64,000 nucleotides of DNA from Candidatus Bathyarchaeota archaeon (GTDB lineage Archaea; Thermoproteota; Bathyarchaeia; Bathyarchaeales; DTEX01), in contig CAVQNT010000006.1 in assembly GCA_963714275.1 (NCBI GenBank), forward strand, positions 192,001 to 256,000, in the 5' to 3' direction. Below are positions 32,582 through 49,611 of the stretch, in pieces. The notes beneath the pieces were generated by a model, which searched no databases, was not told the DNA's origin, and saw only the letters and a list, made by a program, of their open reading frames with translations. How positions within the stretch are numbered: position 1 is the first letter of the stretch; each line of letters begins with the position of its first letter. The position numbers and the translations under genes are program-made.

Positions 32582-32654
32582 ATAAGACTTAAAAGAGTAT
32601 GTGGGTAAAAATCTTGTGTTATTTCCATTTAAACTAGAATATTAGGTATGTTTT

Positions 32655-32960
32655 TTATAATGATGCAAGTACTTTTCCCATAAAGTCCTTTGCTTTTGAA
32701 AGTTGCTTCGCTCCCTTATCTGTGAGTTTATAATATTTTCGCCGTCCTTCAACATAGGAAACAACATACTTGTCCTTCTCAAGCAAATATAGAACTCTGT
32801 ATCCCGTTACTCTTCCTGACCAAAAGCCGAACTCGGAATTGACCTTTTTTCTCAACTCGTAAGCATACTCATCGTTCTGGGCGAGGAGTTTGAACAAGAA
32901 AACCCACAGATTCTCTTTAAGTATTTTGTCTTTGAGCCTTTCAACGGGTTCTTTGACCAT
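32655..32960 (-). CDS. PadR family transcriptional regulator
   Basis: YAYEL...YRVLYLLEK...RRKYYKLTDKG; divergent from ino1. Confidence 0.85.
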   Translation of the reverse strand: MVKEPVERLKDKILKENLWVFLFKLLAQNDEYAYELRKKVNSEFGFWSGRVTGYRVLYLLEKDKYVVSYVEGRRKYYKLTDKGAKQLSKAKDFMGKVLASL

Positions 32961-33037
32961 GGTCCTACTATTCTATGATAGTATAAAACTTTATATGTTT
33001 CATGATACCATAAAACAATCCTGTCTAAAGAAACAAT

Positions 33038-34151
33038 ATGGAGACGAAGTTCATGGGAAAAATTAAAGTCGGTGTCGTAGGAGTCGGCAACTGCTTTGCC
33101 GGGTTAGTTCAGGGAATAGAGTATTATAAAAAGAACCGAACTAAAAAAAATGGTTTGATGCACGAGACCCTTGGTGGCTACGGGATTGAGGACATAGAAT
33201 TCACAAGCGCCTTTGATGTCGCAGTTGATAAGGTGGGCAAGCCACTGAGCGAGGCAATCTATGCGGACCCTAATTACGTTCGCTGGATAGACAGCGTCTC
33301 ATCATGCGGTAAAACGATGGTCAAGGAATCCCCTATTCTGGACGGCGTCGGAGTGTACGTTGTCAGCATGATTAATCCGCTGAAGCAAACCAAATCCGCT
33401 AAGGAACTGCGAAAAGTAGCCATGGACGAAATCGAGAATTCAGGCACGAAAGTTTTGCTTAACTATTTGCCTGTAGGAAGCCAAAAGGCAACCGAGTTCT
33501 GGGCGGACGTTTCTTTGGAGGCGGGATGCGCCTTCGTGAACTGTATCCCAGTTTTCATCGCTTCAAACGGAACTTGGGAGAAGAAATTCCGTGAAAAGAA
33601 GCTGCCAATAGTGGGGGACGACATTAAGGCTCAGATTGGTTCAACCATAACGCACAGAACCTTGACGAAGTCTCTGCTTGGACAGAGGCGCAGTTATAGA
33701 TAGAACGTACCAGATTAACGTGGGCGGCAACACAGACTTCGCTAACATGCTGGAAAGGGAAAGGCTGGCAAGCAAAAAAATATCGAAAACTGAAGCGGTC
33801 CGCAGCTTGATGCCTGACGATTCGAAGCTGCAAGATAAGGACATCTACATCGGTCCAAGCGACTTCATTCCATTCTTGGGAAACACTAAGTTGGCTTTCA
33901 TTAGGATAGAGGGAAGAATGTTTGCTAACATCCCCTTCAACATGGAACTGAGGCTGGAAGTGAACGACAAGGCAAACTCAGGCGGGGTATCTATCGATGC
34001 AATAAGGTGCGTACAGATAGCTCTAGACAAAGGAGTGGGCGGCAATCTAAAATACGCGTCAGCATACTTCATGAAGCACCCGCCAGTCCAAATAGCCGAC
34101 GAAGAAGCGAGAAGAAAACTGGACGAGTGGATTGTTGAAACTTCAAGTTAA
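33038..34151 (+). CDS. ino1: myo-Inositol-1-phosphate synthase (frameshifted)
   Basis: GVGNC, NYLPVGS, GDDIKAQIG, GGNTDF, KKISKT, DKANSGG. Confidence 0.93.
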
Positions 34152-34284
34152 AACTGTTTAATTCTCTTTTTTTGTACACAGCTGCAATTATTTGCCAATA
34201 CCGAATCAAATACAAGTGCGCGCGCTTAAGGCGAACTTTATTAAGAAAAGGTTGGATTTTAGTAATTGAAGCGGAGGACTCAAC

Positions 34285-36285
34285 ATGCCAAGAAGTCCAG
34301 AGTCTAGCGAATTGGTTGACTATTTAGAAAAGATGCTTAAAATCAGGTTCTTCGAAGAGAAAGTCAGTGACCTACTCAGCCGAGACATCGTCAAAGGAGC
34401 GTCGCACCTTTACGTCGGACAAGAAGCCGTGGCGGTCGGCGCAGTAGCAGCCATCCGAGGCGACGACTACATCACCAGCACACACAGAGGTCATGGACAC
34501 TGCATCGCGAAAGGCGGAGATCCCAAACTGATGCTTGCTGAACTTTGCGGTAAAGTCACGGGCTACTGTAAAGGTAAAGGAGGTTCGATGCATATTGCGG
34601 ATGTCAACGCTGGAAACTTGGGTGCCACAGGAATCGTGGGTTCAAACATTCCTGTCGCCACTGGCGCTGGACTGTCTATAAGGCTCAAGAAAACTGACCA
34701 AGTTGTTCTGTGCTTCTTCGGCGACGGCGCAACGAACACAAGCGCCTTCCATGAATCCGTTAACATGGCTGCAATCTGGAACCTTCCAGTTGTCTACGTT
34801 TGCGAGAACAACCTTTATGGCATGTCCGTTGCCGTGAGTAGAGCTTTCCCGTTCACGGACCTTGCTGAAAGAGCCAAGGGCTACAACATTCCAGGCGTGA
34901 TTGCAGACGGCATGGATGTTCTGGACGTGAAGAGAAAAGTCCAAGAAGCCGTTCAGAGAGCTCGGAAAGGAGAAGGTCCAACCTTCATCGAGTGCAAGAC
35001 CTACAGATTCTATGGTCATTCTAAGGGTGACCCGCGGGCTTACCGAACAAGAGAAGAAGAGCAGTCGTGGAAAAGCCGTGATCCTGTAACCAACTTTGAG
35101 AAAAAACTTGTCGAAAAAGGAATTTTAACCCAAAAACAGGTTGAGGAGCTCGAAGAATCAATATCCAACGAAATTAACGAAGCTGAAAAGTTCGCCCTCA
35201 ACAGCCCGTATCCGCCTGTAGAGTCTCTTTTTGATGGACTCTACACCGAAATTTACGTTGACTCAAAAACTTCCATCAAGACCCTAGCTGAAGCCAAGAA
35301 AAAGGGTGTGAAAACGAGGAAAATTAAGTACGTTCAGGCTCTGAACGAGGCGTTGAGGGAGGAGATGTTGAGGGACGAAAGGGTGTTCCTCATGGGCGAG
35401 GACATTGCGATTTATGGCGGCGCTTACCAAGTCACCCGGGGACTTTACGACGAGTTTGGGGCTGAACGGGTTAGGGACACACCTATCTCGGAAGCCGCTA
35501 TAGCAGGCGCAGCGGCAGGAGCAGCCATGACGGGGACCAGGCCTGTCGCAGAGATCATGTACATCGATTTTTCGACGATTGCCACGGACCAGATAATCAA
35601 CATCGCAGCTAAGAACCGCTACATGTTTGGCGGAAAATCCATTGTGCCCGTTGTTTATCGCACTCAGGGAGGCGCAGGCAGAGGCATAGCTGAACACCAT
35701 TCTCAAAGCCTCGAAGCGTGGTACCAGCACATTCCCGGCATTTTCGTCGTGATGCCTTCGACACCTTTCGACGCTAAGGGGCTACTGAAGACCTGCATAA
35801 GAGACGATAATCCTGTCATGTTCATAGAACAAAAGCTGCTATACGGTACAGAAGGCGAAGTTCCCGAAGGAGAATACACTGTTCCGCTTGGAGTCGCAGA
35901 CGTGAAAAGGGAAGGCACCGATGTTACAATAGTTGCCTATTCGAGGATGGTTCTCCTAGCCTTGGAAGCAGCAGAGGAACTTGCTAAAGAAGGAATCAGC
36001 GTGGAAGTGGTTGACCCGCGGACACTGAAGCCGCTTGACGCTGAAACCATAATCGGTTCAGTGAAAAAGACAAGCAGAGCTGTCGTCGTGCATGAGGGCT
36101 ATCGAACTTGTGGCGTAGGAGCGGAAATAGCGGCGCAGATAATGGAGGAAGCCTTCGACTACCTCGACGCGCCAGTTCTGAGAGTTGCAGGAGAAGATGT
36201 GCCTATACCCATGAGTCCTGTGCTAGAGGAAGCCGCTGTTCCAAGTAAAACGAAAATCGTTGAAGCAATCAAGAAACTAGTCTAA
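34285..36285 (+). CDS. Fused E1 alpha-beta 2-oxoacid/acetoin dehydrogenase
   Basis: HRGHGH, GKGGSMH, FGDGA..ENN (alpha) followed in frame by GEDI, DTPISE, HHSQ (beta). Confidence 0.93.
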   Translation: MPRSPESSELVDYLEKMLKIRFFEEKVSDLLSRDIVKGASHLYVGQEAVAVGAVAAIRGDDYITSTHRGHGHCIAKGGDPKLMLAELCGKVTGYCKGKGGSMHIADVNAGNLGATGIVGSNIPVATGAGLSIRLKKTDQVVLCFFGDGATNTSAFHESVNMAAIWNLPVVYVCENNLYGMSVAVSRAFPFTDLAERAKGYNIPGVIADGMDVLDVKRKVQEAVQRARKGEGPTFIECKTYRFYGHSKGDPRAYRTREEEQSWKSRDPVTNFEKKLVEKGILTQKQVEELEESISNEINEAEKFALNSPYPPVESLFDGLYTEIYVDSKTSIKTLAEAKKKGVKTRKIKYVQALNEALREEMLRDERVFLMGEDIAIYGGAYQVTRGLYDEFGAERVRDTPISEAAIAGAAAGAAMTGTRPVAEIMYIDFSTIATDQIINIAAKNRYMFGGKSIVPVVYRTQGGAGRGIAEHHSQSLEAWYQHIPGIFVVMPSTPFDAKGLLKTCIRDDNPVMFIEQKLLYGTEGEVPEGEYTVPLGVADVKREGTDVTIVAYSRMVLLALEAAEELAKEGISVEVVDPRTLKPLDAETIIGSVKKTSRAVVVHEGYRTCGVGAEIAAQIMEEAFDYLDAPVLRVAGEDVPIPMSPVLEEAAVPSKTKIVEAIKKLV

Positions 36286-36431
36286 CCTACACCATTCTCA
36301 GAACGTACCATAAAAAAACAACTTGCCCATATTTCAAATGATCAATAAATTTTACCTAGCCAAAGTGAATAATAGGTTTATAACCTATCAAATACATCTT
36401 AAATTTGTTTTTTTTAAATGGGGAAATATGC

Positions 36432-37007
36432 GTGAATATACTCGGTGTAAATGGGAGTCCGCACAGATGCGGGAACACGGTTAAGCTAATAAGCGAAATC
36501 TTCCGCGGAGCAGAAACAAACGGTCACCATTGCGAAATAGTTCACTTAGTAGATTTGAACTTGGACTACTGCAACTGGTGCGAAGAATGTTACCCTGACG
36601 GCGTCTGCCCAATTGATGACGGGTTCCAAGAGCACCTAAAGAAGGTTTTCAAGGCTGATGTGCTGATTGTCGGAACGCCGTCCATAAATCGTTCAGTAAC
36701 GGGGTACATGAAGAATTGGCTGGACCGACTGTGTACCAGCCAGCTCATCTATACGGTTGACGAAAAAAGGAAAGTGACGATGCAATCGCGGGTACCCGCT
36801 GGAAAGAAGGCAATCGTCGTTGTTCAGGGATGCACCAACCTGTTACAGGAAACCGTGGAATCCATAAACGTGGTGATGAACGTGCTGGGAATCCCAATCG
36901 CCGAGAGACTCATAATTCCAAAGATAGGCTTAACGAAAGAAGACACGGTTGACAAAGAACACGACGTGATGCGAAAAGCCTTCGAAATCGGAAAAAACAT
37001 AAAATAA
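36432..37007 (+). CDS. Flavodoxin-fold iron-sulfur flavoprotein family
   Basis: GSP..GNT, CNWCEEC...CPIDD. Confidence 0.85.
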   Translation: MNILGVNGSPHRCGNTVKLISEIFRGAETNGHHCEIVHLVDLNLDYCNWCEECYPDGVCPIDDGFQEHLKKVFKADVLIVGTPSINRSVTGYMKNWLDRLCTSQLIYTVDEKRKVTMQSRVPAGKKAIVVVQGCTNLLQETVESINVVMNVLGIPIAERLIIPKIGLTKEDTVDKEHDVMRKAFEIGKNIK

Positions 37008-37056
37008 CCACAAAATTCACTCCCCCAAGCCTATTCAACATGACAAAATAGCATTG

Positions 37057-37134
37057 TGGCGCCCTGGCCGGGATTTGAACCCGGGTCGGGCGGGCGACAG
37101 CCGCCTATACTAGACCGGACTATACTACCAGGGC
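37057..37134 (-). tRNA. tRNA-Asp(GTC), intronless, CCA encoded
   Basis: Acceptor GCCCTGG/CCAGGGC, anticodon arm GGCGG-CTGTCGC-CCGCC, T arm CCGGG-TTCAAAT-CCCGG, ends GCCA. Confidence 0.97.
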
Positions 37135-37586
37135 TCAGTTACGAAGCGCCAGAATTTGCTTAAAATTGACGTTATACTTAAGTATATCTGGGATGGCGTA
37201 TGGTTCAGATTATTTTGTGGTTTGCTTACATTGGTTTGTTTTATAGGATGTTTATATATTCATTACTGACATGCAATCTGATTTTTTCATCTTGTATGGT
37301 TAGGCACTAGGGTCACAAGCAGCTTCCCGTCTGAAAATCCAGTCGAGGTATGCTTTCATTAGTATCAGCGAATAATAGGGTCGGTAAAACAAAACCATTA
37401 CTGACAGATTAGGAAATTTAAGTCCTTAAGCATTCGTTGTTTTACTTTTTTGACCGACTCTGCAAGTAAGGGGTAATGTCAAAGGCTTAAAAGGTTTGCA
37501 GAAAGACTGTGGAATCTGGGAAGATCGATTTATGAACATGTTAATGTTAGGGGAGTGAAATCAAGAACCGTTTTCTTTTTCTTATC

Positions 37587-38437
37587 GTGTTGCTACTCGC
37601 TTTTTTCATAGGTTTCTATCTAATGCATACAATGTCGGGGAACAGCAGCTTTTATGTATCATTTGAATTCAGTGACAGAAGTAGGAGATACATGGTTCAC
37701 ATCCCGCTGAGTTATAACGGGAACAATCTTACGCCATTAATTATTTCGCTGCATGGATATGGAGGAACCGCGAGAAGAAATGAAGAAGCGACGGGGTTCA
37801 CTGAGAAGTCGAATAGTGAAGGCTTCATTGTCGTCTATCCTGAGGGAATAGGGCAAAGCTGGAACGTACCATACTGTTGTGGCGAGGCTTACACAAACAA
37901 CATTGACGACATAGGCTTCATACGCAAACTCATAAGCAGGCTTGAACAAGAATACAAAATCGATCCAGATAGAATCTACGTGGCAGGATTCTCAAACGGT
38001 GCAATCATGGCGTACCGTCTGGCAGTCTGAACTCAGATAAAATTGCTGCTATTGCTCCAGTCGCAGGCTCAATCGGTGGTAAGTTCAACGGGAACGCTCC
38101 GCTTCAAAAAATCGCAGAGCCTTTGCATCCCGTAGCAGTGATAATCTTCCACGGTACGAATGAAACATCAGTATACTGCTATGGGGGTCTATCCTCCAAC
38201 GGGTTGCTTAGCCTTTCAGTCGCTGAGTCAGCAAACTTCTAGGTTAATCATGACAGATGCTCCGAAATCCCACAGACGGAGACAAGCCCTGACGGGAACA
38301 CAATAAAGGATGTCTACTCAGGCGGCAAAAACGGTGCAGAAGTCGTTTTATACACTCCTGTCGGCTTCGGTCACAATTGGCCAGCGACAGCTACTAACAT
38401 AATCTGGAATTTCTTCGTCAGCCACCCCAAACAATAA
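37587..38437 (+). pseudogene. LpqC/PHB-depolymerase family secreted esterase, disrupted
   Basis: LHGYGG, VVYPEG, DDIGF, GFSNGA, FHGT, GHNWP. Frameshift near 38027 and an in-frame TAG at 38240-38242. Confidence 0.75.
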
Positions 38438-38710
38438 GGTGTCTGTGTATCAAAAACCTTGGTCCGACATGGGTCTGCATGAGCGTGAGAAACAACATCG
38501 AAGAAGGAAGCTAGAAATATCATCAGAATAATGAAAATGATAACCTTTATTAGCACCGTCCATCGTTTACTCATTAGCTTTCAGAAAAAGCGAAAATAAT
38601 CGACTTCCCATCGGGCTGGAAGGCCAACAGTCCGTTGGAGGAATAATCCTGAATAGTCCCATATGTAACCATTTAGTCGTTTCAAAACCTGAAAGGGGAA
38701 TTTTCATAAA

Positions 38711-41700
38711 TTGATTAATTCTGAAGATGCATATTTAGTACAGAAGGCCCTCTTAGAGGAGAAAGGGTTAGTTAGGCAACATCTTGATTCATACAACGAG
38801 TTCGTGGAACGCGGTCTTCAACAAGTAATAGACGAGGTCAGCGAAGTCGAAATCGAGGTTCCTGAAGGACCATACAAAATAAAGTTCGGCAGAATATTCA
38901 TCGTACGCGAAATCGAAAACGACGTCATTTACGGTCCCTACGTAACCGAGGTCGACGGCACTCGACACGAAATCTATCCCATGGAAACACGGCTGAGAAA
39001 CCTAGCATATTCAATGCCCCTCTCCGTCGAGATGACGCCGATAATTGACGACAAGGAAATGGAGAAAGAACTCGTTTACATCGGCGACCTGCCAACCATG
39101 CTTAAGTCGAAATACTGTCTTCTTTCAGAACTTTCCGAGGAAGAATTGATCAGACAAGGCGAAGACCCTCTTGACCCAGGCGGCTACTTCGTCGTAAACG
39201 GGTCAGAACGGGTCATCGTAGCCATTGAAGACTTGGCGCCAAACCGCATACTCGTGGACATTGACTCAAGAGGAGTAAACCCCGTTTATCAAGCAAAAGT
39301 ATTCTCCACTACCGTTGGGTTTAGAGCCAGAATAGAACTCAGACTGAAGTCAAACGGTTCACTCCACATTTCGGTGCCAGGTGTCCCGTCAGAAATACCA
39401 TTCATAATCATGATGAGAGCCTTGGGTTTACAGTCCGACCGAGAAATTGCAGAAGCGGTTTCTGCGGACAAGACCATTCAAAGCGAACTTGAACCGTCAT
39501 TTGAGATGGCGGCTGACGTCGGAACCGCTGAAGACGCCTTGCTGTTCATTGGCAACAGGGTAGCTCACGGTCAAGTTAAAAGCTACAGGCTCATGAAGAC
39601 GGAAACGATTGTTGACAGAAACTTTTTACCTCACGTCGGCAGAACGACTGACCAAAGAAAAGACAAAGCCTACTTCCTCGGCGAGATGGCTTCACGCGTA
39701 ATCGAGCTGAAGCTGGGAAGACGAAAACCCGACGACAAAGACCACTTTAAAAACAAGAGGCTGAAGCTCGCAGGACCACTTCTCGCAGACCTTTTCAGGG
39801 TGGCCTTCAGAAACCTGTGCCGCGATATAAAGTACCAGCTTGAAAGAATGGGACTGAAAAGACGCATGATCAGCGTCTCAATAGCCGTAAGACCAGGCAT
39901 AGTCTCAGACAAGACTTCAACACTCGTTGGCAACAGGGAACTGGGGCAGAGGACGAGTCGGAATCACACAGCTTCTCGACAGAACAAACATGATGTCAAC
40001 TCACAGCCACCTAAGAAGACTGCAGTCCCCGCTTAGCCGCAGCCAACCCAACTTCGAAGCCCGAGACCTTCATGCGACGCACTGGGGAAGGCTTTGCCCA
40101 AACGAGACACCTGAAGGAGCAAACTGCGGGCTCGTTAAGAATCTGGCTTTGTCAGCGTCTATTTCTGTGGGTTTAGACCTCGAAAAAGTCAAACAGATAC
40201 TTTACAGGAGAGGCGTTGTTCCCCTTACCGAAGCAAGCGAGACTATACGTACCACTGGAGCCAAAGTGTTTATTGACGGCTGCCCGATTGGGTACCACGA
40301 TTCTCCCAAGGAGTTCGTGACAGAGATGAAAGATGACCGAAGAAGAGGAGAACTCTCACCCGAAATTAACTTTGCATATTTTTCAAAAGCTCACGGCATG
40401 AATGAGGAAGCCTACATAAATTGTGACCAAGGCCGAGTTCGACGGGCACTTATAATCGTCGAAGACGGTGCACCAAAACTTGGGAACGAAGAAACAGAGA
40501 GAATCCGTTCAAAAGAATGGAATTGGGAAGACCTCATAAAACGAGGTATAATCGAGTACTTGGATGCTGAAGAAGAGGAAAACGCCCTAGTTGCATTGAA
40601 CCCGGACGAAATCGTACCCGGAACATACCACCCACCTCGAAATAACGTCTTACTCGATTCTTGGAACCTGCGCGTCGCTGATACCTTACGCTGAACATAA
40701 CCAGTCTCCACGCAACTCTTACGAGTCCGCCATGTCTAAGCAGGCTTTAGGCATTTACGCGGTGAACTACCCGTTAAGAGTTGACTCGCGGTCGCACATA
40801 CTTCACTATCCGCAAATCCCTGTAGTCCAAACTAAGCCATTAGACATCATTGGGTATAACCTTAGACCTTCCGGGCAGAACTGCGTGGTAGCAGTTCTTT
40901 CGTTCGAAGGCTACAACATGGAAGACGCCTTAATCTTCAACAAAGCATCCATCGAAAGAGGCATAGCCCGCTCATCCTTTTACAGAATCTACGACGCCGA
41001 ATGCCGCCAATATCTCGGAGGCCTAAGAGACCGCCTCGTAATTCCTGAGGCTGGAACCCGCGGATACCGTGGGGAACAGTATTACCGTTTCATCGAAGAA
41101 GACGGCGTGGTCAATGTCGAAGCTGAAGTCGCAGGAGGAGACGTCCTGATTGGCAGGATAAGCCCGCCACGTTTCCTCGAAGAATACAAGGAGTTCGAAA
41201 TTAAAGGACCCACCATGAGGGATTCTTCAGTTGACATGCGACCCTCCGAAAACGGTATTGTTGACGCATCGTTCATCACCGAAACCAACGAAGGAAGCAA
41301 ACTCGTGAAAGTTAGGGTACGCGACGAACGTATCCCGGAGTTGGAGACAAGTTTGCTTCACGCCACGGACAGAAAGGCGTCATAGGAATGATTGTTCCAC
41401 AAGAAAACATGCCCTTCAGCGTCGACGGAATTGTGCCGGACATCATGATTAATCCGCATGCGTTTCCGTCAAGGATGACGATTGGGCAGTTCCTAGAATC
41501 TCTCGCTGGGAAAGTAGCATCCGCCAAGGGAGAATTTATGGACGGAACCCCATTCATCAACAAGAAGGGCGACGAGCTCAAACAAATGCTTATCGACCTA
41601 GGTTTCAGTTACAGCGGCAGAGAAGTCCTGTACGACGGTGTCACAGGGCAAAAGTTCGTCACCGACATTTTCATGGGAGTCATCTATTACCAGAAGCTTC

Positions 41701-42081
41701 ACCACATGGTTGCTGACAAAATCCACGCTAGGGCAAGAGGTCAAGTCCAAATGCTTACGAGACAGCCGACGGAAGGAAGAGCCAGAGGCGGCGGATTACG
41801 TTTCGGCGAAATGGAAAGAGACTGCCTAATCGGTCATGGTGCAGCGATGTTGCTTCGTGACAGGCTACTTGAGGAATCAGATAAATACGTGCTTTACGTC
41901 TGCGAAAGTTGCGGACTCATCGCGTACTACGACATAAAACAGCGGAAATATGTTTGCCAGATTTGCGGAGAGCAATCCAGGGTTTCGCCTGTTCAGGTTT
42001 CATACGCGTTCAAACTTTTGTTGCAGGAGTCTAATGAGCTTGTGCGTAACTCCTCGGTTAAGGCTTAAGGAGAGGGCATAA
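38711..42081 (+). CDS. rpoB: DNA-directed RNA polymerase subunit B, unsplit (several frameshifts)
   Basis: [45 protein letters not shown]. Confidence 0.97.
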
Positions 42082-42082
42082 A

Positions 42083-46221
<4,139 letters not shown>

Positions 46222-46229
<8 letters not shown>

Positions 46230-46659
46230 AGGCATAAAGTTCACTAACCGAGAAATGAGGTTCATCGCCCTATTCGAAAGCATAACAGGCGCGACGGTGA
46301 GAGACTGCATCGTAGATGAGGATTTCGATCGATTGATTTTCATAATCAAAGAGGGCGACGTCGGAATGGCTATCGGCAAGAGAGGAAAAAACATCTTGAT
46401 GCTCGAAAAAATGACGGGCAAAAAACACGAAATAATCGAGTTCTCAGAAGACCCATCGCAGTTCATCAAAAATGCCCTAAAGCCAGCTAAACTTAAAGAA
46501 ATACGCATCTCTGAGAGACCTGATGGCAAAACCATAGCTGTAGTGTCAGTTGATCCTCGAGACAAGGGAATAGCAATCGGCAAGAACGGCAAAAACGCTG
46601 AAAGAATCAGGTTTCTGGCGAAACGTTACTTCCAAATTAACAACGTTTCCATCATGTGA
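46222..46659 (+). CDS. nusA: Archaeal NusA
   Basis: Two KH motifs, AIGKRGKN and AIGKNGKN. Confidence 0.95.
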
Positions 46660-46799
46660 CCCTCGCTCGATTAGACCGTAAACGTCTAAATTTACACAAG
46701 CTTAACAAAATGAAACAGAAACGTTTAAAACGATGAATCACGTTCGCAGTAATGAAAAACCGAGACAAAACAGGAATTTGAAACAGCAAAGGTGGAAGA

Positions 46800-47237
46800 A
46801 TGGGAAAAGCGCCTAAGGGTAAGTTTGCCGCTAGACAGCTGCAGGCTAAACGTAAGAAGCTCCGCTGGAGTAGCATCAACTACAAACGCCGCATACTTAG
46901 GTTGGACGTTAAATCTGACCCTCTCGAAGGCGCTCCTATGGCTCGTGGCATTGTGCTCGAAAAAGTCGGTCGCGAAAGCAAACAGCCCAACAGCGCAATC
47001 AGGAAGTGCGTCCGCACACAACTCATTAAGAACGGCAAAGTCATCACGGCCTTCCTGCCTGGAGACGGAGCGTTAAACTCTGTCGACGAACACGACGAAG
47101 TCGTCGTTGAAGGCATCGGTGGCTCAAGGGGAGGAGCAATGGGCGACATTCCAGGCATCAAGTGGAAAGTCAGCACAGTTAACGGCGTTTCCCTAAAAGA
47201 ATTGGTGCTAGGCAGAAAAGAGAAACCTTTACGATAA
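46800..47237 (+). CDS. rps12: 30S ribosomal protein S12
   Basis: [17 protein letters not shown]. Confidence 0.98.
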   Translation: MGKAPKGKFAARQLQAKRKKLRWSSINYKRRILRLDVKSDPLEGAPMARGIVLEKVGRESKQPNSAIRKCVRTQLIKNGKVITAFLPGDGALNSVDEHDEVVVEGIGGSRGGAMGDIPGIKWKVSTVNGVSLKELVLGRKEKPLR

Positions 47238-47275
47238 AAAAATTTTGAACAAACAGTTTTTATTTTTTTAATCAT

Positions 47276-47749
47276 CTATGGCGAAGAAAGGGTCCAAGTC
47301 ATCAATGACACTTTCTCGATTATTTTTGCTTTTTCTTTTATATTCATGTATTCGATGGGAAAATGTTTCTTGACAGGCACAATAATCAGGTGCAGTATTC
47401 TGTTGGTTGTATCGTCCCATATTTCGATCATGTCTTTCTTGATTTGAAGTTCAGAGCGTGTCTTTATCACTTCGTAGACGTTGTCGAAATCGGTACTCGT
47501 TCTGGAAAGAAGGATACGGTCGTCGAGTTTCAGGGCGTAAACGTCCATTTTTTCTGTTTCTATGAACTGCACTATCAGTTCGTAAATACGGTTTATGTCA
47601 GACTTTATGTCCGTGATGGCTCCGTAGTTACTGTCGGACCTTAAGAAACTCTTCACCAACGTTCTCACAAGGTTGGAGACATCTATGGTTTGCTCTGAAA
47701 ATTCGCCTTCGACCTTCTTCTTTAGCGACGAGTCGCCCTCAGCCGTCAT
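47276..47749 (-). CDS. Hypothetical protein
   Basis: 157-aa ORF in host-like sequence; no recognised motif. Confidence 0.7.
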   Translation of the reverse strand: MTAEGDSSLKKKVEGEFSEQTIDVSNLVRTLVKSFLRSDSNYGAITDIKSDINRIYELIVQFIETEKMDVYALKLDDRILLSRTSTDFDNVYEVIKTRSELQIKKDMIEIWDDTTNRILHLIIVPVKKHFPIEYMNIKEKAKIIEKVSLMTWTLSSP

Positions 47750-47933
47750 CTGAGGCTCACTTTGTAGAATAATTTTTATCTAGCCTAGTATAGACAATAC
47801 TTGTTATTGAATAAAACATTTGCCATACCAAGGTTCCGACAGCAAATCCGCACGAAAAAAGCTGCCGTGAATAGTTGCATTTTTCTCTCTTCAGCTATGA
47901 CCAGACACGATAGAAACAACATAAATATCAAAA

Positions 47934-49530
47934 ATGATTAATGAACGAAAACAGGAAAACAATGCAGGTGAAAAAGTGGCTTTAAAAGCGCCGTTTATGG
48001 GAACGTCGGGCGGAGTCTCGTCTGAACATCCACTAGCCTCCGTCGCTGGACAAAAGGTTCTGTTAGAAGGCGGCAATGCGTTTGACGCAGCAATCGCCAC
48101 AAGCCTCACGTTGTCTGTCACTCAGCCGCATCTCGGGTCTTTAGGTAGCGACTTATTCGCCTTACTCTATGAAGCTTCAAGCGGAAAAGTTCACTGCATC
48201 AACGCAAGCGGATGGGCTCCCAGAAAGTTGAGCCTGGAAACCTTACGAAGCGAAGGACGAAACAGCATACCAGCAGAGTCGCCTTATTCCGTCGTTGTAC
48301 CAGGCATGATTGACGGATTAAACAAAATCCAACAAAAATTCTGCACCTTTACGTTCAGAAGACTCGCTGAGGATTCTATCATTATTGCAGAGAAAGGATT
48401 TCCTGTTTCCTTCGGTCTTCATAAGGCAATACAACGCAACTCATCCAGATTGACGGAACCGTTAGCGAAAGACCTTTTTTATAAAGGCGGTAAACCGCTT
48501 ACATTAGGCGGATTGCTTGTTCAGAAATCATTAGCTGAAACCCTTAAGAGTGTAGCTTCTGACCCTCGCTTTTTCTATGAAGGACGGATACCTGAAAGAA
48601 TTTGTGAATATCTCGGAGCCAAAGGTGGCGTCCATGGTGTTGACGACTTCGCAGAGTACGAAGCTGAGTATGTTGAGCCCTTAAAAGTTGCTTACAGAGA
48701 TCTCGATGTCTACGAGGTGCCGCCGAACAGTCAAGGGGCAACGACTCTCATGCTCCTTAACATTCTCGAAAACTTCGACATTAACAAGCTGAGGAGCCTT
48801 TAATGATGGAAGGATTCACCTGTTCGTGGAGGCTGCTAAAAAAGCTTATGCGGACAAGAACCTTTACCTTGCTGACCCACGTTTCGTCAAGATACCGTTG
48901 GAAAAGATTCTCGCGAAAGGTCATGCTAAGGAGTTGGCAAGCAGCGTAAAATTTGATGGTATGTCCGATGGGGAGTCTCTGAAGCCTGGGGACACCACTA
49001 ACTTTATAGTTTTCGACAAGTGGGGAAACGTTGTTTCAGCCATCCAGAGCATCTATTACAGTTTCGGGTCAGCCCTTATGGAGCCGAAAACGGGCATCAT
49101 CCTCAATTGCAGGGGGACACACTTTACCCAGACGGGAGCGAACAAGCTTGAGCCGAGGAAGAGACCCTTACACACTCTGTCTTCAGTCATTGCCACGTCC
49201 AAAGAGGAAGAAGTGTTCGCATTTGGAGCCAGCGGCGGAGATTACAGGCCTCAACAGCACGTTTTGTTGTTAACGAACCTTGTTGACTACGGCATGAACT
49301 TGCAGGAAGCCGTTGACGCGCCAAGATTTCTTTGGAACGGAGGCAAACAGGTGATTGTTGAGGCAGGATTCAAGCGACTCCGCAGTTTGAATAAACTTGG
49401 ATTTGAGCTGGTTCGTCAAAAACATCCTGGCGGAACAGGCGTCGCTCACTGCGGTATGAGAAAAGGTAAGGTTACTGTGCTTTCTGCTGACGTAAGAGGA
49501 GACGGGATTCCCATGGGACCGAATACTTAA
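47934..49530 (+). CDS. ggt: Gamma-glutamyltransferase family (frameshifted)
   Basis: GGNAFDAA, PPNSQG, DTTNF nucleophile, PRKRPLHTLS. Confidence 0.92.
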
Positions 49531-49611
49531 TTCTGTCTTGTCCATGATTAGGCTGTTTAGAACAACGTTTTTAAACGAACCGTGTATTAAGTTGCAGCTG
49601 GTGGAATAGAA

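Noticed and set aside
37057-37134. tRNA-Asp as integration site of the left island
   Set aside because: I saw no duplicated tRNA 3' end in the window, and the tRNA lies 30 kb from the island among host genes.
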